A DNA stretch of 64,000 bases from Sedimentisphaerales bacterium (lineage in GTDB: Bacteria; Planctomycetota; Phycisphaerae; Sedimentisphaerales; Anaerobacaceae): positions 1,760,001 to 1,824,000 of the forward strand of contig OY970194.1 in assembly GCA_963708075.1 (NCBI GenBank). The letters are read 5' to 3'. Below the pieces are notes generated by a model. That model was not told the DNA's origin and did not search any database. It saw only the letters and a program-made list of their open reading frames with translations. Both the position numbers and the translations under genes were made by a program. Below, one piece after another: positions 42,995-53,157 of this stretch; position 1 is the stretch's first letter, and the number at the start of each line of letters is the position of its first letter.

Positions 42995-43987
42995 ATGCAG
43001 AGAATGAGTATGTGTCTGTGCTGGGCGGTGGGTCTATCGCTCTGTCTCAGCGGTTCCAGCCTGGCCGGGGGCTATGCGTTCACGGTTCGCGGGGACAAGA
43101 CCTGTCTCAATGGGCGGGAGTTCCTTGTGAAGGGGCTGCGCTGCTCCAATGCCCTCGTCTCGGACGACACCACGAAGGAATTGATCGATCAGCTTGACAC
43201 GTTTGCCGGGTATGGCGTCAACACGATCGGCGTGTACTTCATGGGATCGCGGTTTGGCGATGTGAAGGGGTACAAAGAGGACGGCAGCCTGGATCCGGTG
43301 TACGCCGGACGGACGGGGCGGATCATTGAGGCGGCGGACCGGCGAGGGATGGTCGTGCTCGTCGGATGCCTGTACTGGAGCACCTCCAAGGCGAAATGGG
43401 ACAGTTGGACGCAGGCCGAGGCGGATAGAGCCGTAGCGAATACCGTGGCGTGGCTGAAGGAGAACCACTACCGGAATGTATTCGTTGACGTGGATAACGA
43501 GGGGATGGCCCGGCAGGCGAAGGGTTTCGATAACCGCCGGATGGTCCTGGCCGGCAAGGCCGTGGACCCGTGTTGCGTTATCGCCACGAACTTCCGGGGC
43601 GAGCCACCTGCCGAGGCGGACCTTGCGATTCATCATTCCAAGCGGGTGACCGGCAAGCCGTACATCGAGAGCGAGGCGACGCCCGGCAACGCCCCCGGCG
43701 GCTATTGGGGGACCTACAGCAAGAAGGACGGTTACTACAACTATATCAATATCGGCGTGTACACCGACGCGATGAAGGCCGAGCAAATCAGGCAGACCGT
43801 CGCCCATCTATCCAGGGGAGAGGGCTACATGCTCGCCTCAACGTGGCTGCAGTGTGTCGCACCCTATGGGCCGAACCAGCGCCCCGGCGGCGACGGCAGT
43901 CAGGACAACCCCGGAGTCAAGTGGTGGCTGGAATTCCTGCGGGACAAGTACGGGCCGTACACGCCGGAGCCTCTCCGGAAGGATTGA
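42995..43987 (+). CDS. Exported TIM-barrel glycoside-hydrolase-like protein
   Basis: Signal peptide; YGVNT, IIEAAD.RGMVV, VDVDNE (clan GH-A-like NE), KPYIESE. Confidence 0.6.
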   Translation: MQRMSMCLCWAVGLSLCLSGSSLAGGYAFTVRGDKTCLNGREFLVKGLRCSNALVSDDTTKELIDQLDTFAGYGVNTIGVYFMGSRFGDVKGYKEDGSLDPVYAGRTGRIIEAADRRGMVVLVGCLYWSTSKAKWDSWTQAEADRAVANTVAWLKENHYRNVFVDVDNEGMARQAKGFDNRRMVLAGKAVDPCCVIATNFRGEPPAEADLAIHHSKRVTGKPYIESEATPGNAPGGYWGTYSKKDGYYNYINIGVYTDAMKAEQIRQTVAHLSRGEGYMLASTWLQCVAPYGPNQRPGGDGSQDNPGVKWWLEFLRDKYGPYTPEPLRKD

Positions 43988-44003
43988 ACGGGTCCTGTCC
44001 GCC

Positions 44004-44852
44004 CTATAGCTGCTGTCGTCGGATCTCTTCCTGCGTGGCCTTCTTGAGGATCCGCTTCTCGCGGGTGGTCAGGCTGTGCAGACCGAAACGATGGACCTTT
44101 GCGAGGATGCGATCCACTTCGAATCGCAGCTTCCGGCCCTCTTCCATTCGCTTTTCCCACGACTGGGCGTGCATCCTGAGTTTGAATCGCTCCAGCTTGG
44201 GCAGCAGGAGGATGTAGGCTGCTCCGGCCGCCATGCCGCCAAGGTGTGCGGCATCGCCCCCGGCGTTCGGGCCCCCGACAATGATGTTCATCACATACAC
44301 AAGCGTCATCACGACTGCGAGCACGCGAATCGGCACCGGAATGATGAAGAGGAATACGATGAACTGTGGGAACAGGATGGCGCACGCCGCCAGTACGCCG
44401 AGGATGGCGCCGGAGGCCCCCAGCAAAGGTGCAGCACCCACTACCCCGATGGCCATGAGCAGCAGGAAGGACAGGCCCGCCACAACGCCGCAGCCGAGAT
44501 AGAACAGCATGAACCGCCGGCTGCCCCAATGCTTCTCCAGGGTCGGCCCGAAGAAGAACAGGCCTATCATGTTCAGGGCGATGTGCAGCAGGTCGCCATG
44601 CAGGAACTGATAGGAGACGAGTCTCCACGGCTGGATGGCGGTAAGCCACGACCGCGGATCAACGGAGAACCAGCGAAGGAGGAACGATCCCACCTGCGGG
44701 ACGAGCGCCCGAAGAAGGAAAACGGCCGTGTTGATGATCAAAAGCCATTTGACGACCGGCGTGATCCGCGGCAGATTGAAACGCATCTGCGACGAACCGA
44801 AATACTGACGCCGAGAATCAGCCTGTGTATAGTCCCTGTCGTGTAACCCCAT
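44004..44852 (-). CDS. Rhomboid-family intramembrane serine protease
   Basis: WRLVSYQFLH..HI..NM, GASG, AHLGG; C-terminal EVDRILAKV...GL.SLT..E. Confidence 0.92.
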   Translation of the reverse strand: MGLHDRDYTQADSRRQYFGSSQMRFNLPRITPVVKWLLIINTAVFLLRALVPQVGSFLLRWFSVDPRSWLTAIQPWRLVSYQFLHGDLLHIALNMIGLFFFGPTLEKHWGSRRFMLFYLGCGVVAGLSFLLLMAIGVVGAAPLLGASGAILGVLAACAILFPQFIVFLFIIPVPIRVLAVVMTLVYVMNIIVGGPNAGGDAAHLGGMAAGAAYILLLPKLERFKLRMHAQSWEKRMEEGRKLRFEVDRILAKVHRFGLHSLTTREKRILKKATQEEIRRQQL

Positions 44853-45023
44853 ATGTATCTTCTCAAAACCCCGAGTCAACGTGCAAAACTATGTCAGCTA
44901 TATTATCATATCCTAGGCAAAAAGTTCAAGAGAAATTACCGCACTTCGAAGGAAGAAGTTGTATTTTCGGACGTTGCGGCGATTGTCCGCCTATGACACC
45001 GCCTCAGATGGCAGGCCAGGTTC

Positions 45024-46049
45024 TCATGCCCGGCTTCTGGTTCTCTGTGGCGGGACCGCCACGGCCCTCTTGATGGCCGGCAGCCTCTCCGGCTCTGCCT
45101 TGGCGAACCAGGCCATCATAACGATGCCCAGGACGACCAGGCCGAGGGACAGGAGTTGCGAGACCGTCAGCGAGGCAACCTCAAAAGGATTGTCGTCGCG
45201 AACGAACTCCATGAGAAACCGCCCGATGCCGTAGAGGATGAACATCAGGCTGAACGTCGTGCCGGGCCGGGCCAGGAATGGATACTCGCCGGATTCCTCG
45301 CCCCGCTGCGAACGCCGCAGGAACAGCAGCAGAATGAAACCGAGCAACACCGCCCCCACTGATGAGTACAACTGCGTTGGATGGATCGGCAGGCCTCGAT
45401 ACTCACCGTGCGTGACGAGGGTTCGCTGTTCCGGGGTAAGTTCGCTCATCGGCTTGAGGCCGGGAATGTACTGGCCCTGTGCGTCTCTGTAGCCGAAGTA
45501 GCTGTCGGGCAGATCGACGTAAGGCACGGACCGGTTGCGCTCGGGGTCCGCCTGGACCTGACTTCGATACGCAAACGAGCCATAAGGAAAGTGCACACCC
45601 CAGGCCAGATCGGTGGGCTTGCCATAGCAGCAGCCGTTGAGGAAACAGCCGATCCGGCCGAACACCAGAGCCGCCACCAGACCAATCGCCAGCGCGTCGA
45701 GATAGTGACGCATCGGCAGCCTGTGATAGTGGATATAGCGCCAGATCACCGCAATCGCCAGCAGCACGCCGCCGAGAAGCTCCAGGCCCCCGTTCCAGAT
45801 CTCGAAGACCCCTAGCGGATTAGCCCTGAATTCGTCGATGTAGTGAATGACAAAGAACGTGCGGGCGCCAACAACCCCGGCGATCAGCGAGTACAGAGCC
45901 GCGTTGGTGATGTGCTGCGGGTTTGACGTGAAATGCCGGCTCAGATAACGAATAACGGTCACCCCCGCAATGAAACCGATGACCATCATCACGCCGTAGC
46001 TTCGAATCATCAGGTGGACGATAGGTACTTCGAACAACTCAGGGTGCAT
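45024..46049 (-). CDS. lgt: Prolipoprotein diacylglyceryl transferase
   Basis: SYGVM, GAR, IWNGGL, GRIGCFLNGCCYG, HPTQLY, RF..EFVR.D, SQ. Confidence 0.93.
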   Translation of the reverse strand: MHPELFEVPIVHLMIRSYGVMMVIGFIAGVTVIRYLSRHFTSNPQHITNAALYSLIAGVVGARTFFVIHYIDEFRANPLGVFEIWNGGLELLGGVLLAIAVIWRYIHYHRLPMRHYLDALAIGLVAALVFGRIGCFLNGCCYGKPTDLAWGVHFPYGSFAYRSQVQADPERNRSVPYVDLPDSYFGYRDAQGQYIPGLKPMSELTPEQRTLVTHGEYRGLPIHPTQLYSSVGAVLLGFILLLFLRRSQRGEESGEYPFLARPGTTFSLMFILYGIGRFLMEFVRDDNPFEVASLTVSQLLSLGLVVLGIVMMAWFAKAEPERLPAIKRAVAVPPQRTRSRA

Positions 46050-46130
46050 CAGACTATTGTTATCTCCACAGGAGGCGGACGATGCGACTACACCGCGCTC
46101 TCCAGACCGGGCAGAACCATGAGCGTCAAC

Positions 46131-46488
46131 TTAACGCTGCTTGACAATCCTGTTCTTCTCATCCACGACAGCGACCTTCGGAGCCAGCTCGGCGGCTTCC
46201 CCGGGCGTGCAATAAGCAAACGCCATGATGATAATGATATCCCCGGGGCTGGCCAACTGCGCCGCCGCGCCGAGGATCACAACGTCGCCCGAATCCGCCT
46301 CGCCCCGGACCACGTAGGTTCTCGAAGCGCTTGCCATTGTTCAAATTCGCGATCAGCACGGACTCATAAGGCAGAATGCCCGCCGCCTGCATCAGGCTCC
46401 CATCGATCTCGATACTACCCGGGTAGTGGAGCTTCGTGTCCGTGACTCGTGCCCGGTGCAGCTTACTCTTTAATACCTTTAACAACAT
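46131..46488 (-). CDS. panD: Aspartate 1-decarboxylase; apparent 1-nt insertion at 46317-46323
   Basis: KSKLHRA.VT...Y.GSI.ID, NG.RFE then TYV...GAAA...GDIII in the next frame. Confidence 0.9.
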
Positions 46489-46533
46489 GGTTTCGTTCGT
46501 CCCCTGCCTTGCGTCAAAAAGCGTGATTGTAGC

Positions 46534-47388
46534 CTACTTTGCGGGCGTGTCCACCAGGATATTGTCAATCAGTCTGGCTGATTTCACACGTACCGCCACG
46601 GCTACGAGAACCCGGCCTCGAACCTGCCCAAGCTCTTCGAGCGTTTCTGCGTCGGAGACGCTGACGTACTCGATCTTCGTGGCCGGCATCTGCCGCAGGA
46701 TGTCGCGCATCTGGCCGCGGATAGCATCCGCATCCCTCTCACCGGCCTCAATCAACGCCCTGCATCGCTCCAGGGACTGGTAGATACGCGTCGCGTCCTT
46801 CCTTTCCCCGGGCGAAAGATACTGATTCCTACTACTCATGGCCAGTCCATCTGGTTCGCGCACGGTCGGGCACACAACGATCTCCAACGGCATATTGAGG
46901 TCGGCCACCATCCGCCGGATCACCAAAGCCTGCTGGGCATCCTTTTGGCCGAAGAATGCCACGTCGGGGCAGACGATGTTGAAGAGCTTCGCACAGACCG
47001 TTGCTACGCCGCGAAAATGCCCGGGCCGGAACTCGCCGCACAACCGGTCCGTCAGCTTCTCGACATTGACCCAGGTGAGATTTTCACGAGGATACATTTC
47101 CCCCGCCTCCGGGGCAAAGACCGCGTCCACGCCATGTCTTTCACAGATGGCCCGGTCCTTCTCAAACGGCCGCGGGTACTTGTTGAGGTCCTCGCCCGGC
47201 CCGAACTGCGTCGGGTTTACAAAGATGCTGACGACCACATAATCGCACCGTTTGCCGGCCGCCTGAATCAAGGAAACATGGCCATCGTGCAGCGCCCCCA
47301 TCGTCGGCACAAAACCCACCGTCTTTCCTCCTTTGTGGGCCTGCGCCACGCACGCTCTGATCTCAGCTATTGTCTTCACTACCTGCAT
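46534..47388 (-). CDS. panC: Pantoate--beta-alanine ligase
   Basis: VPTMGALHDGH, SIFVNPTQF, RPGHFRGV, FGQKDAQQ, RE.DGLAMSSRN, RLIDN. Confidence 0.96.
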   Translation of the reverse strand: MQVVKTIAEIRACVAQAHKGGKTVGFVPTMGALHDGHVSLIQAAGKRCDYVVVSIFVNPTQFGPGEDLNKYPRPFEKDRAICERHGVDAVFAPEAGEMYPRENLTWVNVEKLTDRLCGEFRPGHFRGVATVCAKLFNIVCPDVAFFGQKDAQQALVIRRMVADLNMPLEIVVCPTVREPDGLAMSSRNQYLSPGERKDATRIYQSLERCRALIEAGERDADAIRGQMRDILRQMPATKIEYVSVSDAETLEELGQVRGRVLVAVAVRVKSARLIDNILVDTPAK

Positions 47389-47437
47389 TAACATCACACG
47401 CCTCTATACGTCGCTGCGATGGGGGCAGCGAAAGGCG

Positions 47438-47518
47438 CGGGTGCCATGCTTACGCTCGCGTAAGCATGCTTTGCCCATCGAATAGAGCATGTCTACGCAA
47501 GCGTAGACGTGGCACCCG
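47438..47518. repeat. REPIN-like inverted doublet of palindromes
   Basis: CGGGTGCCATGCTTACGCTCGCGTAAGCATG and the inverted partner CATGTCTACGCAAGCGTAGACGTGGCACCCG. Confidence 0.7.
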
Positions 47519-47527
47519 GCATTTGGA

Positions 47528-48623
47528 TCACCCACCTGCCGCTATGTACGCACGGACCTGGAGGGCGATGTGTTCAACCACCGCCTCACTGTAGCCGGTG
47601 AGACACGAGGCCGGGATACGAATCACCGGGCTCACCTTCCAGCCGGCGAAGAGCCTTCTGTAGTCCCCATCCAACGCTTGCAGGAATTCGAGTGAGATCC
47701 TCTGCTCGTACGGCCGGTTACGGCTGTGAATCCGCTCCAGGCACGCCTGCGGCGAATCCTGCAAATAGATCACCAGCACCGGCGTCGCCACCCGCACGGC
47801 GAACGGCTGGAAGATCGTTTCATAAAGCCTCAGTTGCTCCGGGTTGAGCAGACGCCTCGCGTAGATCAGCTCCTTGTCAAACACGTAATCCGTCACGAAA
47901 ACTCTATGCCTCGGCAGACGATTCCGGTCGAGCTGCTCCGCCCGGTTCACCAGGAAATACAGTTGTGAATCCAGAGCAAGCTCGCATTTGCCCGCGTAGA
48001 CTTGGGGCAGGAACGGGTTCGTTCCGTATGGTTCGTACAGGACCTGGCCCTGCAGGACCTCGGCCAGCTTCTTGGCAAGCGTGGTCTTGCCGACCCCGAT
48101 AATGCCCGCAACACTGACAAGCTGAGGAGCTTCCGGATCGACCATGAAGTTGCCGCCGCCGAGCCGCCCTGCCAATTCGCTCACCGGCTCCTTCAGTAAT
48201 GGATGCTCCAGCTTCGGATTCAACTGGCACAGCCCGTCGAGCACGAAGGATCGCAGATGCATCTCCGGGTGCGGTATGACCAGCCCGGAGGTTTTGAGCG
48301 TCTGTTGTCCGAACAGCAGCAGATCGAGATCGATCGGGCGGGATTGCCACTTGCCGTCCGGCTGGCGTCCGAGAGCAGCCTCCGTCGCCTTGAGTTTTTG
48401 CAGCAGTTTCTGCGGCTCCAGCGCCGTCCTGATCTCGGCCACACCGTTCAGATAGTTCGGTTGGTCCATCTGCCCCAGCGGAGTGGTCTCCTTGATGTCG
48501 CTGACCCGCGAGAACCTCAACGCCTCCGTTGCCATTGAGCAGATCGAGAGCCTGCCGAATCATCTGCTCCCGATCCCCCAGATTGCTGCCCAATCCGATG
48601 TATGCTGTTGTCGGTTCCGACAT
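47528..48623 (-). CDS. folK: FolK (HPPK)-deoxynucleoside kinase fusion; apparent 1-nt insertion at 48510-48516
   Basis: AYIGLGSNLGDR, Q..YLN, SRPIDLDLL, IPHP..HLR.FV, then GIIGVGKTT, QLYFL..R, P.LVIYL, RI.SRNR.YE; alternative start at 48659. Confidence 0.87.
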
Positions 48624-48675
48624 TAGCTTGGCACCTTGACTTCCATACTGTTCATCCATGACTCCTGCGAGGCGG

Positions 48676-50685
48676 CTATGGAGAGGCCGCGCCATCGGCC
48701 GCGTGCGATGGCCCGATGACGATCCGGGCCGCACGTGGCGGCAGAGAAAGTGCGATTCGCCCCTGCTGATCTGCTTTCACGGGTTCTATTGTCCCAGCGG
48801 CCGGGTCGCCCACAATCCATTTGGCCGCGTCCCGAGCGGTCATAGCGCCGTTGTAGTCCGCGCGGCCGACATTGACGACCACAACGATTTCTCTGCCGGC
48901 CCGTGTGAACCGGCCCACCACGATTCGGTCCGCCGCTGGACTCACGAGGCCGCTGGCGCAGGTGGTAGCCACAGACGCCAGATCCACTTTTGCCGAAGGC
49001 GTCGCACGAAACACACGACCGCCCCCAGCCTCGAACCGCTTGACCTGCTGCTCGGCAGGCGACGGCAGCTCGACACCGGCAGGAAGAACGATTGCCCGGA
49101 AACGCCCCTTCCCGATGTCGATTGCATCGCCTTGAACGCGGCCGGTCGCCAATGTCTCGTGGTCCGCGATGGCAAATGAAATCTGCCCCCTGGTCATGCG
49201 CTGCCCGAGACCCATGAACGAGTTGATGATATCGCGCAGCCGTTGTGATTGCGAGTCCACGGTCAACTTGGCTGCGACAGGCCTGTATTCGGACCAGATG
49301 TCCCAGATCGGATAGTACAGCAGCACGCACGGCGAAGGCTGTGCCTCTCGCAGCAGGGCATTGAGCCGGCCGACAAACGTACAGTACGATTGATACTCTT
49401 CGGGCGTCCGCCGCTCACGGCCGTAGTACAAGGTGAACTCGGTGACACCGAGCGCGGCTTGCCACGCGGCCGTGGCGCACATGTCGGGGACCGGCGCGGG
49501 CCCTGTCTTCGCCATAGTCTCGGCGAAATCGCTCACTTCCGTCATGACGAGCCGCCGGCCGTTCAGCAGGGCCGCCGAAGCGGGAAGCACAGCCGTCATC
49601 CAACCCGTGTGAATCACCGCCTCAGGGTCCGAGGACAACACGTCCAGGCCCGGGATATCCATCCGGCTGAGCATCTTGAGCGAGTTGCCCTCCAGCGCGG
49701 CGTGGTGCAGGAGTTCCTCCTCCCAGAGGATATGGCCCGACGACGCGACGGAGTGGGCCTTGGCCCAGCGCTCGATTTGGCCAAAGTAGCGTTCCGCCAG
49801 CAGGTCCGTAACCAGGGCCCAGTATTGCCGGCGGACTTGCCGGTCGGCATCCGTGTCCCCCTCGAAGAGGCTCTTCCGCTCGGCGACAAGGTCCTGCCCA
49901 TAGCGCTGACGATACAGGTCGGGCAAGTCCGCGACCCAGGGCACGGAAGGCAAGGGCTGTACGTTCGGATCGAGCGGGTCGGCCACCCGGACCTGCTTAC
50001 GGACGTCGTCGGGCAAAGGGCCGGTGTTCACGGCCATCAGCGAAGGCTCGTCGGTAAAGAACGCCTCGATTGTCCGGCCGAAGAAGGGCTCCAGGCGCTG
50101 GTGATAGGCATCGTGCGTCACCCTTATGAAGCTCGCGGCCGCCGCCTTGTCGATGAGATTAGGATAGCGCCGCGCCGCATAGAAATTGTTGGAAGCATGA
50201 GTGTGCTCGTAAGAGGCCCGGACGATAAATGGGTCCGCACGCGACGGATCATAGGCCAGGGCAAGTGCTTCGAAGCCGGGGTTTTCCTTGAGGACAAGGC
50301 CCCCCGCCGCTCCGCTGGGGTAGCCATCTTCATCGTATATCCAGACTCGCAGACCGACTTCCGCGCAAGCCTTGATTGCTTCGACCAATATCTGCCAGTT
50401 CGTGTCGCTGCGGAGATAACTATCGAACGCCACGTTGCATACGATACCGCCAAGTCCGACGTCCTTGAGGCGTTTCATCACTTCGGGAGTCGCTTGCTGC
50501 TCGCGCACGCCGTGAACAATTTGCAGGGGGCGAAACTCGACACCTGGACTGCGCCAAGCCTGGAGCCATTCGGCAGGCAGGTCCAACGCCGCCGGTTCCG
50601 CGCCCGCAGCATGGATAGCGGAGCAGGCCGCGACGACAAGAACAACAACAAACCTTCCGTAAGAACTCACGTCCACCCTCTGCAT
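48676..50685 (-). CDS. Exported glycoside hydrolase (GH106-like)
   Basis: Signal peptide; WIYDEDGYPSG.AGG, FFTDEP, SGH...EE, DIPG.D. Confidence 0.68.
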   Translation of the reverse strand: MQRVDVSSYGRFVVVLVVAACSAIHAAGAEPAALDLPAEWLQAWRSPGVEFRPLQIVHGVREQQATPEVMKRLKDVGLGGIVCNVAFDSYLRSDTNWQILVEAIKACAEVGLRVWIYDEDGYPSGAAGGLVLKENPGFEALALAYDPSRADPFIVRASYEHTHASNNFYAARRYPNLIDKAAAASFIRVTHDAYHQRLEPFFGRTIEAFFTDEPSLMAVNTGPLPDDVRKQVRVADPLDPNVQPLPSVPWVADLPDLYRQRYGQDLVAERKSLFEGDTDADRQVRRQYWALVTDLLAERYFGQIERWAKAHSVASSGHILWEEELLHHAALEGNSLKMLSRMDIPGLDVLSSDPEAVIHTGWMTAVLPASAALLNGRRLVMTEVSDFAETMAKTGPAPVPDMCATAAWQAALGVTEFTLYYGRERRTPEEYQSYCTFVGRLNALLREAQPSPCVLLYYPIWDIWSEYRPVAAKLTVDSQSQRLRDIINSFMGLGQRMTRGQISFAIADHETLATGRVQGDAIDIGKGRFRAIVLPAGVELPSPAEQQVKRFEAGGGRVFRATPSAKVDLASVATTCASGLVSPAADRIVVGRFTRAGREIVVVVNVGRADYNGAMTARDAAKWIVGDPAAGTIEPVKADQQGRIALSLPPRAARIVIGPSHAADGAASP

Positions 50686-50710
50686 CGCGTGTGCGCTGTG
50701 TGGCGTATCC

Positions 50711-51940
50711 CTACAGCTTTGCGAGCCTTTTCATCGCCTCGTTGACATTGTCCGGCGTGGCGAATGCCGTCAGGCGTACGTATCCCTCGCCCGCCGGTCC
50801 GAATCCCGCGCCCGGGGTGCAGACCACGTTGGCCTTGTTCAACAGCAGATCGAAGAACTCCCATGAGCCGATGCCCTTGGGCGTCTGCACCCAGATGTAA
50901 GGGGCGTTCGTGCCGCCGTAAACCTCGTAGCCCAGCTTCGTAAGCTTCCGGCAGATCAGACTCGCGCTGCCCATATAGATGTCGATCGTTTGCTGAATCT
51001 GCTTCTTGCCCTGGGGCGTGTAGATTGCCGCCGCCCCCACCTGCGTGATATAGGAGACGCCGTTGAATTTCGTCGTGTGCCGGCGCCGCCAGATCGGATT
51101 GACCTCGACCGCCCTGCCGTTTTTCGTGTATGCTTTGAGCTGTTTCGGCACGACACTGTAGGCGCATCGCACGCCCGTAAACCCCGCCGTCTTCGAGCAG
51201 CTACGGAACTCGATGGCGACCTCCTTCGCCCCCTCGATCTCATAGATCGAATGCGGGATCGTCGGGTCCTTGATGTAGGCCTCGTAGGCCGCGTCGAAGA
51301 ACAGGACGGCCTTGTGTGCGCGGGCATAATCCACCCATTTCGCCAGCGCCTCCTTCGTCGCGACGGCCCCTGTCGGATTATTCGGGAAGCACAGGTAGAT
51401 CATGCCGACGGGCCTGTCCGGCGGCTCGGGCACAAAGCCGTTCTCCGCGGTTGCGGGCATATAGACGATCCCCGCGTACTGGCCCCCGTCCGCAGCCGGA
51501 CCCGTCCGCCCCGCCATCACGTTCGTATCCACGTATACCGGGTAGACCGGGTCGGCCACCGCCACGACGTTGCCGATGCCGAAGATCTCCTGCATATTGC
51601 CCGTGTCGGACTTGGTCCCGTCGCTGACGAAGACCTCATCGAGCTCGATGTCCACGCCGCGGGCCTTGAAATCGTTGTCGATGATCGCCTGCCGCAGGAA
51701 CTCGTATCCGACGCCCGTGTCATCGTATCCCCGGAACGTCTCCTGCCGGCCCATCTCATCGACCGCGAGGTGCATCGCCTCGATCACCGCCGGCGCGAGC
51801 GGCTGCGTGACGTCCCCGATGCCCATGCTGATGACCTTGGCCTGCGGATGCTGCTGCTTGAACGTCCGCACCCGCCGGCCGATCTCCGGGAACAAATACC
51901 CGGCCTTGAGCTTCAGAAAATTCTCATTGATCTCAATCAT
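50711..51940 (-). CDS. dapL: LL-diaminopimelate aminotransferase
   Basis: [70 protein letters not shown]. Confidence 0.94.
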   Translation of the reverse strand: MIEINENFLKLKAGYLFPEIGRRVRTFKQQHPQAKVISMGIGDVTQPLAPAVIEAMHLAVDEMGRQETFRGYDDTGVGYEFLRQAIIDNDFKARGVDIELDEVFVSDGTKSDTGNMQEIFGIGNVVAVADPVYPVYVDTNVMAGRTGPAADGGQYAGIVYMPATAENGFVPEPPDRPVGMIYLCFPNNPTGAVATKEALAKWVDYARAHKAVLFFDAAYEAYIKDPTIPHSIYEIEGAKEVAIEFRSCSKTAGFTGVRCAYSVVPKQLKAYTKNGRAVEVNPIWRRRHTTKFNGVSYITQVGAAAIYTPQGKKQIQQTIDIYMGSASLICRKLTKLGYEVYGGTNAPYIWVQTPKGIGSWEFFDLLLNKANVVCTPGAGFGPAGEGYVRLTAFATPDNVNEAMKRLAKL

Positions 51941-52283
51941 GATTCCAGAATCCTTGCTATCGCCGTCCGGCCAGCCGTGCGAGACATGCCGCCGCGTGAT
52001 TTCAATTCGAATCAGGGTGAGCATTCTATGGCCCGTCCCCAGCCCCGTCAAGGCACAAACCGGGGCGATCCACGTCAGCAGGAGCCGTCCCCGTGTTTGC
52101 CTGCCGCAGAATCCGTCTTTTGCCCATGGATCGGCCCCCCGGCGGTCCTCTACCATCGTCACAGGGATGACGCGAAGCGATTCGCTGTCATCGAGTTTCG
52201 CATGTCAACGTCAAGGACGGCGGCTCACCTCCTGGGGGAGAAAGATGTCCTCAGCGGTGAAGTGAGCAGAAAGGAGTGTTCCC

Positions 52284-53111
52284 ATGAGAACAGCGTATCA
52301 TTGGATTGGCTGTGTTCTGTTGGCGGTGGTTCTAAGTGCATTGCCTATGGCGTCCGGCGCCCCGATTCTTCCCGACTTTGACGCGGCGACGTTCGCGGCG
52401 GACTCCTCCATCAGCGACAACCTGTACTTCCCGTTAATGCCGGGGACGGTCTACACCTATGTGGGACAGGAGGTCGGAAATGGCGTGACCGAGCTCAACC
52501 GCATTTTCGTGACGTTCGGCACGAAGGAGATTCTCGGTGTCCAGGCCCGCGTGGTCCGAGACACCGCGTGGGTCGATGGTGTGCTGGCGGAAGACACGGA
52601 CGACTGGTTCGCCCGGGACACGGCGGGCAATGTCTGGTACATGGGCGAGGACACGACGACCTTTGAATACGACGATGAGGGCAACCTGATCGGGACCAGC
52701 AAGGAAGGGTCGTGGCAGGCCGGCGTGGACGAGGCGCTGCCCGGTTTTATCATGGAGGCCAACCCCATCGTGGGCGACAACTACTTTCAGGAGTCCGCCC
52801 CCAATAACGGCGCCCTGGATCAGGCCACGATCATCAGTCTCGATGAGACTATTTCCATCGACCTCGGCACCTTCACGGACGTTCTGCAGACCCTGGAGAC
52901 GACGGAGCTCGACCCCGATGCCCGCGAGTTCAAATACTATGCCCCGGGCGTTGGACTGATCTTCGTCGAGGAGGGCCTGGACGAGAACTTCGCGAATCCC
53001 GGATTCCTGGTGGACCTCGTCTCTGTCGAGGTGATCCCAGCCCCGGCCGCCTTGTCCCTGGTCGTAGTCGGCCTCGGCGTCGCAGGGTGGTTCCGACGCC
53101 GGTTCAGATAG
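52284..53111 (+). CDS. Acidic exported protein with PEP-CTERM-like sorting signal
   Basis: Signal peptide; DWFA.D..GNVWY.GE, GSW.AG, KYYAPGVG; C-terminal IPAPAAL-TM-RRRFR. Confidence 0.75.
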   Translation: MRTAYHWIGCVLLAVVLSALPMASGAPILPDFDAATFAADSSISDNLYFPLMPGTVYTYVGQEVGNGVTELNRIFVTFGTKEILGVQARVVRDTAWVDGVLAEDTDDWFARDTAGNVWYMGEDTTTFEYDDEGNLIGTSKEGSWQAGVDEALPGFIMEANPIVGDNYFQESAPNNGALDQATIISLDETISIDLGTFTDVLQTLETTELDPDAREFKYYAPGVGLIFVEEGLDENFANPGFLVDLVSVEVIPAPAALSLVVVGLGVAGWFRRRFR

Positions 53112-53127
53112 CCGCGCTGGAGCCTTC

Positions 53128-53153
53128 GTAGGGGCGGGTTTCAAACCCGCCCT
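53128..53153 (+). repeat. GTAG-type REP element
   Basis: GTAGGGGCGGGTTTCAAACCCGCCCT adjacent to the RAYT 3' end. Confidence 0.85.
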
Positions 53154-53157
53154 CGTC

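Noticed and set aside
48623..48655. 10-codon ORF MNSMEVKVPS overlapping the folK start (TAATG)
   Set aside because: Too short to support; an in-frame folK start at 48659 explains the region equally well
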